DNA of 63,967 nt, filler included, from Octopus bimaculoides (GCF_001194135.2; 5 parts of 5 records of this genome joined end to end with filler, not necessarily neighbours in it); one strand, 5' to 3'; shown: positions 1-12,289, counted from the first letter of the whole stretch. A program made the numbers and translations. The notes: a model not told the origin generated them from the letters alone.

Positions 1-243
1 ACACATACACACACACACATACACACACACACACATACACACACACATTAAATGAATGACTGGCATTTATAGTATTATTTTTTTTATTTTGTAGTTACAA
101 TTGTTTCAAGACAACATGAAAAATCCATTACATTCACAAATATTTATACTAATATGGTTGTAATGAAATCAAAATATTGTAACATATATACACATATTTT
201 TGCGTACCCAGCTGCATTTCTTCAGACAGCTTCAATAATAATG

Positions 244-330
<87 letters not shown>

Positions 331-1245
331 ATATGGAACACATAAAAGATGTGATATTATATGTTCAGACCTCCAATCTAAGACAACAAACAATGCTGAG
401 AGTCACAAAGCACTCATGTATCACATATAGACATCTACATCGCAGAACACACTTTGGTGTAACTGCTCTCTCTTCCCAAGAGAATAAGCAACAAATCGTT
501 CATTTTGTTTATTTAACCTTTCGGTTTTATGAGAAAATGTTGACGAAAATTTCGGTGCAAATAATGTATAAACTGAAGAAAACATGGACCGATGTTATTC
601 AAGGAAGCCTGAACAGGAAGTTTCTATAGACAAACAAAACAAAGGGGAAATAGTTTTAGATACTGACCTTTGAAATTTACCACAATCCAGAAAAGGGTGT
701 TGCCTTTTTCCATATTGAAATATAATTTTGATAATAAATAAAAATAGTTTTTTGAAATAATAATGAGAAAAATAAAAAGAAAACAGCACCAAAATTCTAA
801 TCTTCGTACAAACAAAATCAAACTTTGAGTTGAAAATCTCAATTGAAATTCGTTACTGTTAATCCCTTTTAATCCGTTTTCTTTAAAATAGCTATTTATC
901 TCATCTAATTCAAGTCGGACTTAGAACCTTCCTATCTTGATACAGTTAAATCGAAATTGTTTTTTTTTTTTTTTAACATCTCAAGGCTGGAATGTATTGA
1001 AGTCATTGCAAGTAGTGGTGAGGGTCAACAATTTTTAACCAACCAATTGAAAAATTGTTTTAAAATACTAAAATCTGAGAATTTTGAGATTTTAGTTTTA
1101 GTACTAACAGCTGTAGGTTCCCGTAATTTGTTCAATATATAAAAAAAATAACAACAACTATGATGATGATGATGGTGGTGTTGGTGGCGGTGTTGGTGGT
1201 GTTGGTGTTGGTGGTGGTGGAGGTGGTGGTGATGATGATGATTAT

Positions 1246-1277
<32 letters not shown>

Positions 1278-1960
1278 TTGATGATGTTAATGATGATGAT
1301 GATAAACTTTCTCGTGACGGCATGCAAAGAGCAGAAGGAAAGAACAAAAGCCAAAAACAAAGCATTTCAGAAACTATCAGAGGATTTTGTTATTATCTCA
1401 TCTGTATTTCATTTTATTTTATTTTAATTTCTTTTCTTTTCTACACTCTGTATTTCATGTGTTTCCGTATTTTATTCTTAGATTTCAGATTAATTTTAAG
1501 CGTTTCATTCCTAGCGTCTTGTCTGTAACTTTTGCTCTTCTCTTCAGTTAATAATTTTCATAATTATAAATCAGGTTTATGGAAACTTTTATTATTTGTA
1601 TAATATTATATCTTTACTATTGTTATTATTATTAGTAGAAGTATTATTATTATTATTTGTATTAGTATTACTATCATATTTTTAACATTTTCATTTGGAA
1701 GTCCCGGAACTACGGTCAACATAATCTTTAGGCACATCTTGGAAATTTCATTTTAATCGGAATTAGCTGTCATAATCCTTCAGTAGATTAATGTCTCAGT
1801 TTTCTCGGTTGTTGTTGCTCTTCTTATTAGTTGGCATAGCGACTAAATTTATTTTTTAACTAACGCGCAAATTTTCGATTTAGGGAAGAATTATTTGAGG
1901 CTTGAAGAACAGAGGATATACCAAATACATGCTACACGAAGGAAGTATGTTCACATGTGG

Positions 1961-2128
1961 AGGCGCATGGGTTGTTCTGTGGTAAAAAAAGCTTGCTTAA
2001 CAACCCCATGGTTCCGGGTTCAGTCCCACTGTGTGGCACCTTGGGAAAGTGTCTTCTACTATAGCCTTAGACCGAATAAAGCCTTGTGAGTGGATTGGGT
2101 AGACGGAAACTGAAAGAAGCCCGTCGTA
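1961..2128 (+). mobile_element. SINE family A, 5' half (tRNA-like head plus body), followed by microsatellite
   Basis: A-box-like GTGGTAA, B-box-like GGGTTCAGTCCC; body GTGAGTGGATT..GTAGACGGAAACTGAAAGAAGCCCGTCG recurs at ~3510, 7520, 30325 and (minus) 46110. Confidence 0.8.
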
Positions 2129-2133
2129 TATTA

Positions 2134-2196
<63 letters not shown>

Positions 2197-2424
2197 AGCT
2201 CTGTGTGTGTGTAGCAAGCAGTTTTTTTTTATAGAAAGTTGAAATCCTACATGAACCTTTCATGGGCACACGGTTTTTCANNNNNNNNNNCAACAAAGCG
2301 CAGAATAAGAGATAAAAGGAAAGGAAGACAAATCAAAAGAAAGATGATATAATGAAAAATTTAATGAAAAAACAAAAAAAAGAGAGTCAAGTAAAACTCT
2401 TGAATCTTCGACCAAAATATAAAT

Positions 2425-2585
2425 ATTGTGGATTTGGCAGAAGGCTACACATTTGTAGCGAGGAGGGTTAAGGCTTTTATGTCGACAATGTTACACAATT
2501 GGTACTTATTTTATTGGGCGCTGAAAAGAGAAAAGCTAATTTAAACATCTAGTGGAATTTGAACGCTGAACTTAAAAGCAGGTAA
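2425..2585 (-). mobile_element. Degenerate SINE family B copy
   Basis: AATTGGTACTTATTTTATT and GGAATTTGAAC match the reverse complement of family B core and B-box. Confidence 0.45.
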
Positions 2586-3391
2586 AAAAAAAAAAAAAAA
2601 AAAAAATCCGGCATTGAATTTCGTGAGACAATTCACTGGCATATCACTCGTCTCTCAGGAAAAATAACAACGGAGATTTCTGAGTTTGGCAACACGCCTG
2701 ATTCTATCGAGAACATTTCGAAGTTGTTTCAACTGACATCAGTAGCTGCTGAATGAAAGAAAGATCAACTCCGACGGGATTTGAACTCAGGAAATTAAAC
2801 ATGCTGCAAGAAAATCTATCTAATCAAACAATCTTCCTTTTCCTACCACTTGACCAGCTTAAGTTTCTGCGACTGAGATTATTCCATGAATAAATTATTA
2901 TTCCTATATTTCTTAAGATGAATGAGATTTTTGGCTTTGTATTTAATTAAGTCTGTTATACTCTCGTATTAAAACGGATAGGAGATATTAAATAAATCTC
3001 TTCCTTGTGGAGGACGCCAGTTTATTTGTTCAACCGTTTGAACTCTTTGCATGATTATTCGCCGATACAGACCATCGAAAGTTTCTGCGAACTCTGCTGT
3101 TTCATTATTGCAGAATATAGTCGCCATTCAACATTTATAGCCTGAGGAAGCTGTATATTCACAACAATGCATGTTTTAAGAAACAGATAAAATGGTGGCG
3201 CTCGTCTCTTCTCTGGGTGTGTTTGGCAGTCGGCCAAAAACTCCTCTGCTTTTTGACGGGTAATATTTTTAGCTCCATTAGGTACATACACAATCTTGAT
3301 AATAAACTAGGTGCTTAATTGAGCGGGGGCTAGTCGACCCTGAAACAGAGTAACGAGATAGATCGAACCAGATGAGGCTGTATGTATATGC

Positions 3392-3775
3392 AGGCGTTGT
3401 TGTGTGGTAAGAGATTTGCTTTCCAACCACATGGATACGGTTTCAGTTGCATTGTGTGGCAACTTAGACAAGTACCTTTAACTATAACCTCGGCCCGACA
3501 AAGCATTGTGAGTGAATTTGGTAGACGGAAACTGAAAGAAGCCTGTTGATATCTATGTATCGTGTGTGTGTGCATGTGTCTGTGTGTGTCCCCACTATAC
3601 CGCTTGAAAATCGGTATTGGTTTGTTTGCAACCCCGTAACTTCACGGTCCGGCATAAGAGTCCGATAGAATAAATACAAGGTTTTTTTTTTTTAAGTGCT
3701 GGGGTCGATTCATTCGACTAAAATTGTTCAAGGCCGTGCTCCAGCATGATCGCAGTCTAGAAACCGAAAGACAGG
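3392..3775 (+). mobile_element. SINE family A, near full length (head, central TG tract, tail)
   Basis: Colinear with the other A copies; tail GGGGTCGATTCATTCGACT..GTGCTCCAGCATG. Confidence 0.8.
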
Positions 3776-4724
3776 TATGAAATAAACAAATTGAGAAACA
3801 AAGTTGGAGTGGTGGGACGGGGGAGAGACGAGTAAAGAAGAAACAAATGAAGAAAGAGATAAAGAGGAGAGATAAGGGGTATAAAGTTTTAGAATATCGA
3901 TTAAGTTAAAATATAAGATTTGGAGAATGTAAGTATTACGTGTATCTTCACGGAGAAACCGATTCATTCAAAGTCACATACAACTGCCAAAAACATTCAT
4001 GCGATATATTATAAATGTCGAGCAAACAGGTATGTAGATACACATATTTAAACACATGTAGTATATGGATACTGAAACAGAAAATGCTTCATGGCACAAA
4101 GTTTGCACTAAGTCAGTAAACGCAGAGGAGAAAGAGAGAGCGGAAAGTGAGACATGTAGAATGGAATGAAAGAAAAGGCTCAAGAGGAAACAGATAAGGA
4201 CAACCAGGCAACATCGATATCTGATTTAGGTTATCTTTGGATGATCTTAAACAAAGCTTTTCGACTAATTATACATTTTACAGATGTGAGGCCCGAATGA
4301 ATTTAGAATATAGAATACAGAACGCTTCCCTGGGCTACTTCCATTTTGTTCGATCGCGCATATTCCTGATCACTTTCACTTTATATTACCGTACGAACGT
4401 ACGTATGCATGTATGAAGGTAGGTATGACTGTAGGGATGTAGGTATGTACGTATGTATGTAGATATATATGTTTGTATATATATATGCGTGTATGTGTGT
4501 GTATGTGTTTAAGCACACGTACACATAAACAAACAAGAACACACATACACCACACAAATCTATATACACATACAAGTGGTAGTCTTTCGACCATTCACAA
4601 GACGAACATTCATATGTATCTTTTCACCGAGCGTCAAGCGAATGCATTCCTTCTGCACGCCCTCACGTTGTCCATTGATTTTGTTATTCGTTTATTTCAA
4701 ACGATTGTTTATTTGAATTGACTG

Positions 4725-4855
<131 letters not shown>

Positions 4856-4960
4856 TTGTCCCCCCAACATTGCTTGGCAACCGATGGTTGTGTGTTGAAA
4901 CATCAATTTTAGAGTCTGAATATATACTTCCTTCTTTCAATTACTTTTACTAATTTTTTT

Positions 4961-5045
4961 CTATGATAAATGACTAACGTCCGAAACGTTGGGGTTCCTT
5001 GTCCTCTCCATTCAAGTGTTATGCTAATAATTCATTTGTTGAAAC
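4961..5045 (+). mobile_element. Penelope-like terminal fragment with degenerate hammerhead-like 3' half
   Basis: GAC-TAAC-GTC-C-GAAACGTT; downstream AGTGTTATGCTAATA..TTTGTT resembles AGCGTTAAACTAATA..TTTGTT at ~21180. Confidence 0.35.
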
Positions 5046-5155
5046 TTGTTGAAACATGTCCATCTCAAGCATTTCTCTCATCTTTGCTGAATGATTATGT
5101 GTGTGCGCGTGTGTGTGTGTGTGTGTGCACCTGATTATAATATATATTCATACGC

Positions 5156-5193
<38 letters not shown>

Positions 5194-5600
5194 TATATAT
5201 ATATATCTACAAACACACACGCACATATATATGCATGTGTGTTTGTGTGTGTGTGTAGGTATGGGATCTTAGACGCGTTAAGTATCGAGATACGAAAGCG
5301 AGTGGTCGCCTCACTGCTTACAATTTACTCGGCGCACTGGGATGGTGAATAAACGATTGGCTGGTTTCCATTGACATTTTGTTCAAGGATTCGACGATGG
5401 ACAGTTGAGGATTCTCACAGAACAACAGGGAATTCTTTTATAGGACTGACATCGATTAATTTTCTTCGCGCTTAACAATTTCACATCATTATCCTTCTTA
5501 TTGTTAGTATCATTATTATTCTCTTCATTACTGTTATCAACATCATCAGCATCCACCACCATCATCACCTTCACTATCATCATCATCATCATCATCGCCG

Positions 5601-5635
<35 letters not shown>

Positions 5636-5817
5636 GCCGTCATTATCCTCCTCCTCCTCCTCCTCCTCCTACTCCTCTTCATTATCATCGTCATCATCAT
5701 CGTCATTGTTATTGTTATAATGTTTGCTATTTGTTTCTCCTGAAGCGATGTATTAAATATATTTCCCTTTATTTGCACTATCTTCACATTTTCCCTCTCA
5801 CTCACCCTCATTCACTT

Positions 5818-5861
<44 letters not shown>

Positions 5862-5874
5862 TATGTTACCCTCC

Positions 5875-5990
5875 AAAATGGCGACTTTACTATTAAAATG
5901 GCGACTTCCTCTGATGATTGCTACTGGTTTGTTAACCTCATTCTCGTATAGCCAATTTGTCTGACTTTTTTCATGAACCTGTTCTCGCGA
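5875..5990 (+). promoter_or_regulatory. Promoter-like cluster: two YY1-like motifs, CCAAT, TCTCGCGA, next to a (CT)n tract
   Basis: AAAATGGCGACTT at 5875-5887 and 5895-5907; CCAAT 5952-5956; TCTCGCGA 5983-5990. Confidence 0.35.
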
Positions 5991-6015
5991 AGTTTGCGTG
6001 CAAGCAAGGATTTCC

Positions 6016-6062
<47 letters not shown>

Positions 6063-6210
6063 CAATAGCAGCAACAGAAGTAGCAGTAACAGCAGCAGCA
6101 GCAATTGTTGCTGCTTGTTAATAATCTCACTAAAGTTGTTCTTGTGTTGTTTTGCCGTTAATGTAATTGTTTTCTCGAGTTTGCTGCTATACGAAGAGTT
6201 CCGCAGGGAA

Positions 6211-6261
<51 letters not shown>

Positions 6262-6637
6262 TACAGATATATATCTATGAATGTATGTGTGTCTATTTGT
6301 CTGTGTATATGCATGTGTTCATATGTGTGTGTGTATAAGTATATTTGTAAGTAAATTTACATTTATGCTTGTCCTTTTTGTATATATATACTTATATATA
6401 TGTGTGTGTGTATAAGCCCCTATAAAGAGGAAAATACTCTCATTGAGATTGTTAATTTTGTCACTAGCAGCTGTGACATTAGAGTATCGGGGATCGAAAC
6501 TGAAGATAGGCGCTTTGTTTCGTATCACTAGAGTGATCTTTGTCTGTAGCCAATCACCCAGCAAGCAACCTATCTGATCTAAAAGGCGAAAATATATCTT
6601 AAATGTGTTGTCGCATATTATATAACATCACATATAC

Positions 6638-6940
6638 TAGTGCTACTCAAAGCGGTTGCTCACGGACCGGTGCCGGTCCGCCAGCCATCAAATGCCGGTA
6701 CGCGGCGAGTTTCCAGAAAAGAAAACAAAAACAATGGCGGAATGTCAGTAATTTCGCCTGATGCACTGCAGTAAACAACTTATCAACTTATGTAACATTG
6801 TGTTATTTGTTTACAAAATAAATATAAGATTAAAAAAATTGTCAACTTTCATTATATTCATTATATATATTGTTTCCGGTATAAATTAATATCACTAAGA
6901 AATATTACCGGTCCCTGGCACATTGGAAAAAAAAAAAAAA
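6638..6940 (+). mobile_element. hAT (Charlie/MER5-like) non-autonomous element, one end only
   Basis: TAGTGCTACTCAAAG..GGACCGGTGCCGGTCCGC resembles hAT-Charlie ends as I remember them; internal ACCGGTCC repeat near 6908; no second TIR found. Confidence 0.5.
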
Positions 6941-7304
6941 AAAGAATAAGGTTTTTAGTCCTTATTGTTTCAAAGCTGTAATTTCACATTTTTTCATTTT
7001 TACGCTATAATTATGCTTTAATTTCTTTGTCGTAGTAGATGATATCAGTCTCATAATTTTTCTGTCCAGTTAATGTTTCATAGTAATTTTATTTGATCAC
7101 TTTCTTAAGACAATCGTAGTTGATGTGAATATCAAAGGACGTTTTTTTGAAGCAGCTAAATTTGATGGTCAGCCATATATAAAACATTTTCTTTAGATTA
7201 TTGCATCTCCAAATATATTTTGTCGCAGCTCGTGTGTGACATTCTGATTAAATGCGATTTATTCCCTCAGGATATGCACAATACAAGGGACATTTGTGAG
7301 TCAT

Positions 7305-7395
<91 letters not shown>

Positions 7396-7563
7396 GGCGC
7401 AGGAGTGGTTGTGTGGTAAGTAGCATGCTAACCAACCACATGGCTCCGAGTTCAGTCCCATGGCGTGACACCTTGTGTAAGTGACTTCTACGATAGCCTC
7501 GGGTCGACCAAAGTCTTGTGAGTGGATTTGGTAGACGGAAACTGAAAGAAGTCCGTTGTATGT
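7396..7563 (+). mobile_element. SINE family A, 5' half (interrupted by CR1-like LINE)
   Basis: GGCGCAGGAGTGGTTGTGTGGTAAG head, GAGTTCAGTCCC B-box-like motif, family A body. Confidence 0.85.
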
Positions 7564-7975
7564 AAACAGGAATACCCGCACGGGTCGCCACTGCATGGTG
7601 CCAAAGGTACCGTCCACTGCATCTCACATAAGAACGAGATACTGCAGCAGCCTCGGTTTCAGAGGACCTCAGCTCTTCAATGCCCTGCCAAAACATTTGA
7701 GAGACATGCAAGACATGGATGCGGAGGTCTTCAAGACAAAACTTGACGCTTTCCTCTCCACGATACCAGATGAACCAATGGCTCGTAATGAGACGCAGTT
7801 TAGGGCAGCTATGTCAAATTCTCTTATACACCAGATGTGCCATCAAAACTCTTGATTGGACCATGTCAGGTGGGGGAAAAGAGCCATGCAAGGAACGTGA
7901 AAATCACGGTGGTGCACCAGCATGACCGCAGCCACTTGGCTGAAACACATAAATAAATAAATAAATAAATAAAAT
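7564..7975 (+). mobile_element. 5'-truncated CR1-like LINE 3' end: ORF2 C-terminus (stop 7853-7855), 3' UTR, (TAAA)n tail
   Basis: Translation RTGRHCMVP..GPQLFNALPKHLRDM..FKTKLDAFLSTIPDEP..RAAMSNSL matches the post-RT C-terminal motif of CR1-group LINEs. Confidence 0.8.
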
Positions 7976-7977
7976 AC

Positions 7978-8017
<40 letters not shown>

Positions 8018-8019
<2 letters not shown>

Positions 8020-8205
8020 TCGTCCACCTCCATCACTTGACAACCGACGCAGGTGTGTATACGTCCCCGTAACTTAGCGGTTCGGCATAAGCGAACGATA
8101 GAATAAGTACCTGGCTTACAAATAATAAGTCCTGGGGTCGATTTGTTCAACTAAAAGTTGTGCTCCAGCATGGCCGCTGTCAAATGACTGAAACAAGTAA
8201 GTAAA
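8018..8205 (+). mobile_element. SINE family A, 3' half
   Basis: CTTGACAACCGA..CCCCGTAACTTAGCGGTTCGGC..GATAGAATAAGTAC..GCTCCAGCATGGCC..TGACTGAAACAAGTAA, colinear with 17050-17240. Confidence 0.85.
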
Positions 8206-8209
8206 AAGA

Positions 8210-8245
<36 letters not shown>

Positions 8246-8500
8246 TCTATGTATTTATGTATAGGCATCTACATACGTAGAAATGTTCTATATGTTTATA
8301 TGAATATATTACGTTACCTATATTTTTATGCGTGTGTACACCTGTAATTAATATATCTATGTGCGAGTGTCAGTTTGTATGGCAGGTGTGATTATAACAA
8401 CGGAGAACATTGTTTTTCATTGTTTATTCACAATTTCCATTCAACGACGAATACAATAGAACAAGAAAGTGCTACTACTGATCCGATTGGACCATACCGA

Positions 8501-8564
<64 letters not shown>

Positions 8565-9966
8565 GAGAGAGGTGGCTGAGAAGTGTGGCGTATACTTATC
8601 TATGTATATTCTTCCGACTTTTATACGATAACTCTTTCCAAGTAACTACTTGTGATTGAATGAGTCTTTTTTCTCCCAAAGCGTACACGCTGTTGCGGAG
8701 ATGGTTCATAGTATTTCAAACTAAAATCGTTTCATGAAGAAAGGTGTGATGAAATTTGTACATTATAGCTTTGTTTTCTAAACAACTATTGTCATTTCTA
8801 TTTTAATCGAGATCGAAAGGGAGACATAGAGAAAACAGTTCTAAGAAAGACAACAGCTATCAAGAGAGATCTGAACAGAAGATAGGGAGAAAAGGATAGA
8901 CAGAAGGCCACGGAGAGAAACAAAGGGAGACAGGGTAAGAAGAGAGAGAGAGAGAGAGAGAGAGTGAGAGAATGAGAGAAAAAGAGGGAGAGAGAAGGGA
9001 GAAAAGGGGAGATAAGTAGATTGAGACAGAGAGAGTGTGACAAAAAAGCGATTGGTGGTGATAGAAAGAGACAGGTTTCCGGAAATGAAATGTGGTTTTC
9101 TGAATTATATCTCAAGGGGTAGACAAGAATAGGCAATATCTTAATTGAAAATCCGGTTTAATAATATCGATCGGTTAACTATGAAGATGGGAATGTAGAG
9201 TGTGGAGCTGCAGTTTGGGGCGAAGGTATATGGGAGTTGGGAGGAATTTGTTGGATATGGGGTGATGGTAAGGGTTAGATGGGTCTCGTTTCTATCTGAC
9301 CCCTACATAGACATAATATGAGAATTCTTCGCTTCACTGGTGTAGTCTTGAGTTTAGGGGATACACACTTATATACATACACACACACACACACTAACAT
9401 ATATATAACAAATATACACATATATATATATACACACACATATATATATACATATATATATATAATATACATACATACATATATATNNNNNNNNNNNNNN
9501 NNNNNNNNNNNNNNNNNNNNNNNNNNNNNNNNNNNNNNNNNNNNNNNNNNNNNNNNNNNNNNNNNNNNNNNNNNNNNNNNNNNNNNNNNNNNNNNNNNNN
9601 NNNNNNNNNNNNNNNNNNNNNNNNNNNNNNNNNNNNNNNNNNNNNNNNNNNNNNNNNNNNNNNNNNNNNNNNNNNNNNNNNNNNNNNNNNNNNNNNNNNN
9701 NNNNNNNNNNNNNNNNNNNNNNNNNNNNNNNNNNNNNNNNNNNNNNNNNNNNNNNNNNNNNNNNNNNNNNNNNNNNNNNNNNNNNNNNNNNNNNNNNNNN
9801 NNNNNNNNNNNNNNNNNNNNNNNNNNNNNNNNNNNNNNNNNNNNNNNNNNNNNNNNNNNNNNNNNNNNNNNNNNNNNNNNNNNNNNNNNNNNNNNNNNNN
9901 NNNNNNNNNNNNNNNNNNNNNNNNNNNNNNNNNNNNNNNNNNNNNNNNNNNNNNNNNNNNNNNNNN

Positions 9967-10002
<36 letters not shown>

Positions 10003-11426
10003 ACACACACACACAAAGAGAAAAAGGGGATTGATGTATACACAAATGGATGGAGTTAGATGTTGAAATTTAATCAATGTGTATTCATATAAATCGTACG
10101 CACACACACGCATTTCTTATTTTCATTTACGTGTGTATATGTGTGCGTGCGTGCGTGTGTGTGTGTTTGTATGCTTGTGTATGCATACAAGCGAGAAAAG
10201 TGTTCTATAATGCGTACGTAAGTGCGCATAGGTGTGAAGCTTGTATGCTTTTAGAGTCTAAAGTATAAATCTGAAAGGAATTTCTTCAGTTGCTTCATAA
10301 AGTGTGCAACTCTGAAACTCAAGAAGAACCAAACGAATACAAGAATAAAGAACAGACAAGAAAAGAAGGAAAAAAATACAATCAATTCTTCGATTGTTGG
10401 CCGAGTACCCAAAGGTTAGTGAAGTTTGTGTTTTCCTGTTGTTATTTTTGGGATAGCAATGAAGTCAAAAAGGAGATCGTTAGGAGCCACTTCAACCAAT
10501 GAGGAATTGTTTTGAAAGATATCCAGACACTCTTGTAAAATATGAAAACTCACTCATCCTCCCTTTGTTTTCCTCTCCCTTTCTCTCATCGGCATTTCTC
10601 TCCCTATCTCAATCTTGTTCTCTCTCCCTGTCTTCTTCTCTTTATTTCTCTAAATCTTTACTGTTCTTTCTTTCTCTCTCTTCTGTCTTTCACACCGTGT
10701 AGGTTCTAATATTTCTTTATTATTTCCTCCTCGTGTGGTCTTTCAGGAAGAAATTCCTCCCAAACTTATTCGGCAGCTGCTTCTGTTAAAAAGACAAATT
10801 AATTAAATAGAAAGATTTAAATTGGTAGCATAATGGCGAGAGATGAAACCAGATGAAACCAGACGGAAGCAGATGGCCTGGCCCGGTCAAATATCGGTCA
10901 TTTAAGATGGCACTTGAAAATTTGGGCGATGACTTTTGTTGATATTAAGTTAGGGAGAAATTTACCTTTTTCTTTTCAGTAAATGATCATGAAATCTTCT
11001 GGAAAATCTAAAAACTTATTTAAACATGGCTGTATGATTAAGAATTGTGCTTCGTAACTACATAGTTCTGTGTTCGATTCCACCAATGTAAGAGATTAAA
11101 TATATACAGAACCGCTGACAAGGGCGGAAACTGAGTATCACTATACAAAATATACTTCTTTTCACTTCTCAACTCTTAAGCGCTTCGTAATAACTAAAAC
11201 TATCAAAAAATTCTATCATAAATATTTTTTTAAAAATTAAGAAAAGAATTCCTGCTATGGTGATGGAACAATAATCAACGGAACAGCATGTAAAGACAAC
11301 TTTATTTGCATATTTCCGACACATTCGAACGTACATATGCTAGCCGCTGCTGTGTCCGTCACAAGAGAACAACTTGTTTAAGACGACTATGTTTTTATAA
11401 TACAGTCGCTTCATTAGGGCAAAGAA

Positions 11427-11469
11427 TTCTGGGAGACATGTATTTCGACACGTGTCTCATAAGTCAGAA
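11427..11469 (-). ncRNA. Degenerate minimal type I hammerhead ribozyme motif (probably inactive)
   Basis: Minus strand TTCTGA-CTTATGA-GAC(ACGT)GTC-GAAA-TACAT-GTC-TCCCAGAA: stems I and II pair, GUC triplet present, core has G5>U. Confidence 0.5.
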
Positions 11470-11838
11470 ATACTCGGACTAACGAATCTGACGGAAGCTG
11501 ATGGTCTTCCTTATGATTTCACCGAGCAAACTGCTTGCTAATTCGTGATCATGTCTTCCAACCGATAAATTCAAACATTATTTGTACTGTTAGGAGCGAT
11601 GCTTGCTTATCTCTTCTGAATACGTTCCAATTTATTACCGTTTACTTTTGTTTTTATTTAACATATATTTCACATTTTACACTAATACAGCTTGCATCGA
11701 ACAATTCCATATCGAATTTGAAAATTAAACATAATCAATTTAAAATTACAAATTAAACATGTAAATTAAACATATATATATATATATATATATGCACACA
11801 CACAAGCAGACACACAGACAAGTAGACACACACACACA

Positions 11839-11922
<84 letters not shown>

Positions 11923-11985
11923 ATATATACACATATACTAGCTTAACTAAGTAGGCTGTGTCACTGGCTATCGTTTCAATTATGC

Positions 11986-12063
11986 CTGAAGATGGTGGAA
12001 TTGCATAATATTAAGTAAGCTTTCACGACTACATTGAATAAAAATTCTACCAAAACAAATGTC
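11986..12063 (+). other. Hammerhead-like remnant with long stem II
   Basis: CTGAAGA, then GGTGGAATT (11994-12002) pairing with AATTCTACC (12043-12051), then AAAAC-AAAT-GTC; GAAA mutated and stem I not recovered. Confidence 0.3.
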
Positions 12064-12289
12064 TTCCAAATAGACGCTATTTGCGCGTTGTAATTTTATA
12101 TATTTGGTGTAATAATGTTTATATTTTCTATAACAACGGAGATAATTCTCAAAATTATCTACGTATATATACCGCTTTCTCTCTTCCTCTATCTCTCAGT
12201 CCCTCTATTCTCCCACTCTCTCTCCCTCTTTTCCTTTTTTTTTGTCTTTATGTTGCTCCAACCTCGACGACTCTAACAAATGGTAAATA

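Noticed and set aside
149-1528. Poly-I/V/L/H/D ORFs from AAT, AGT and GAT repeats (similar at 5.4-6.3, 20, 29, 55 and 63 kb)
   Set aside because: Translations of trinucleotide microsatellites with no complex sequence
3055-3291. ORF with KNITRQKAEEFLADCQ, reminiscent of an integrase zinc finger or SH2 start
   Set aside because: Similarity is limited to about 12 residues; no downstream DDE or SH2 motifs
5911-5964. C box (TGATGA) and D box (CTGA) spacing like a C/D snoRNA
   Set aside because: No terminal stem and no recognisable antisense target; motifs this short occur by chance
9275-10113. Long ORFs spanning N gaps (also near 15, 17, 25, 35, 40, 45, 48, 57, 59 and 61 kb)
   Set aside because: Open only because N codons translate as X and the flanks are (TA)n/(CA)n
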